Shown here piece by piece: positions 63,210-64,000 of a DNA stretch of 64,000 bases (position 1 is the first letter of the stretch; every line of letters begins with the position of its first letter). Source of the stretch: Felis catus (taxonomy: Eukaryota); assembly GCF_018350175.1 (NCBI RefSeq), contig NC_058383.1:24492001-24556000 (forward strand). Direction: 5' to 3'. The position numbers and the translations under genes were made by a program. Below the pieces are notes generated by a model. That model saw nothing but the letters and a program-made list of their open reading frames with translations, was not told where the DNA came from and made no database searches.

Positions 63210-64000
63210 GTGAGTTTTAGTCCAACTGCCCAGCTCCCTGACAGCAGCCCCTTGATTATGTAGCAGGTGACAGAGGGGAGTCATTCAGAATTGCAACAGC
63301 ACTTGGGAAGGAGGGATCCCTAACGTCTTGTTTTTTAATTTATTTTTATTGAGATATAATTGACATGCAACATTGTGTAAGTTTGAGATGTAAAACGTGT
63401 TGATTTGATACATTTATGTATTGCAATATGATCAACACCCTAGTGTTAGCTAACAGCCCTGTTATGTCACATAATTATCATTTCTTTTTTGTGGTAGAAA
63501 CAATTAAGATCCAGTTTCTTAGCAACTTTGGAGTTTTTCTTGCCGACTTGTCTATAATCACTATCCTGTGCATTAGATTGTTTCCTCCCATCTGCCTTCA
63601 CGTGCCAGTCATTCTTCCTCCCCAGCCCACCCACCGGAAGGGTGCATTTTTAAATGAGAAAGGCCTTTTGATTGAGAGCTACAGGCTTTCTCAGTGCAAA
63701 GAAACTGAGTAAGCGTGCTGAGTTAGCATCTCCCAGGGAGGGCGCCCCAGGCCTCTCAGAAGCATACCTGGGTAAACAATGCTTAGAGCATCTAAAAAAA
63801 AAAATCCGCAATTGATTCTTTCTGGCTCCTCTTACCCACAGAATCTGTATTTTTCAAGCACTCCTGTTTTGGTTTTTTTTTCTAACGTGCAGTACAGATT
63901 AAGAAACTCCCTGTCCCCCAGGCTGCATGTTATCTTTTGTGACTCTCCACTGCTTTAACTTGAATGGTCACGGCACCCTGATCACGTGGATAGGAACTAT

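Noticed and set aside
1..64000. A novel multi-gene system, CRISPR array or prokaryotic operon
   Set aside because: The sequence is intron-rich mammalian DNA explained by LDAF1, DNAH3 and interspersed repeats; no regularly spaced repeat-spacer array seen

Overview
Mammalian genomic DNA, most likely from a felid, judging by the dense tRNA-derived Can-SINE/SINEC_Fc-type repeats and a carnivore L1 3' end. The window holds two head-to-head genes around a CpG island (~4650-5830). LDAF1/TMEM159 (promethin) is on the minus strand: a non-coding exon 1 and the first coding exon MAKEDLPSTTKDLQELQRKLSLLIESIQNNSK are present, and the rest lies left of the window. The 5' part of DNAH3 (axonemal dynein heavy chain 3) is on the plus strand. 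I assembled 20 GT-AG coding exons (11077-63209) with consistent splice phases: 2952 nt, 984 codons, no stops, covering the N-terminal tail into the start of the DHC_N2 region. The introns contain about 40 SINEs plus MER/MLT/L1/MIR relics. I see no prokaryote-type system and no novel gene. The interesting signals concern exon evolution: a partial intronic duplicate of DNAH3 exon 19, a stop-containing counterpart of an exon I recall in human DNAH3, a frameshifted counterpart of the human first exon inside LDAF1 intron 1, alternative acceptors and an LDAF1 uORF. Comparisons with human and mouse proteins are from memory and need checking. Repeat boundaries and family names are approximate.
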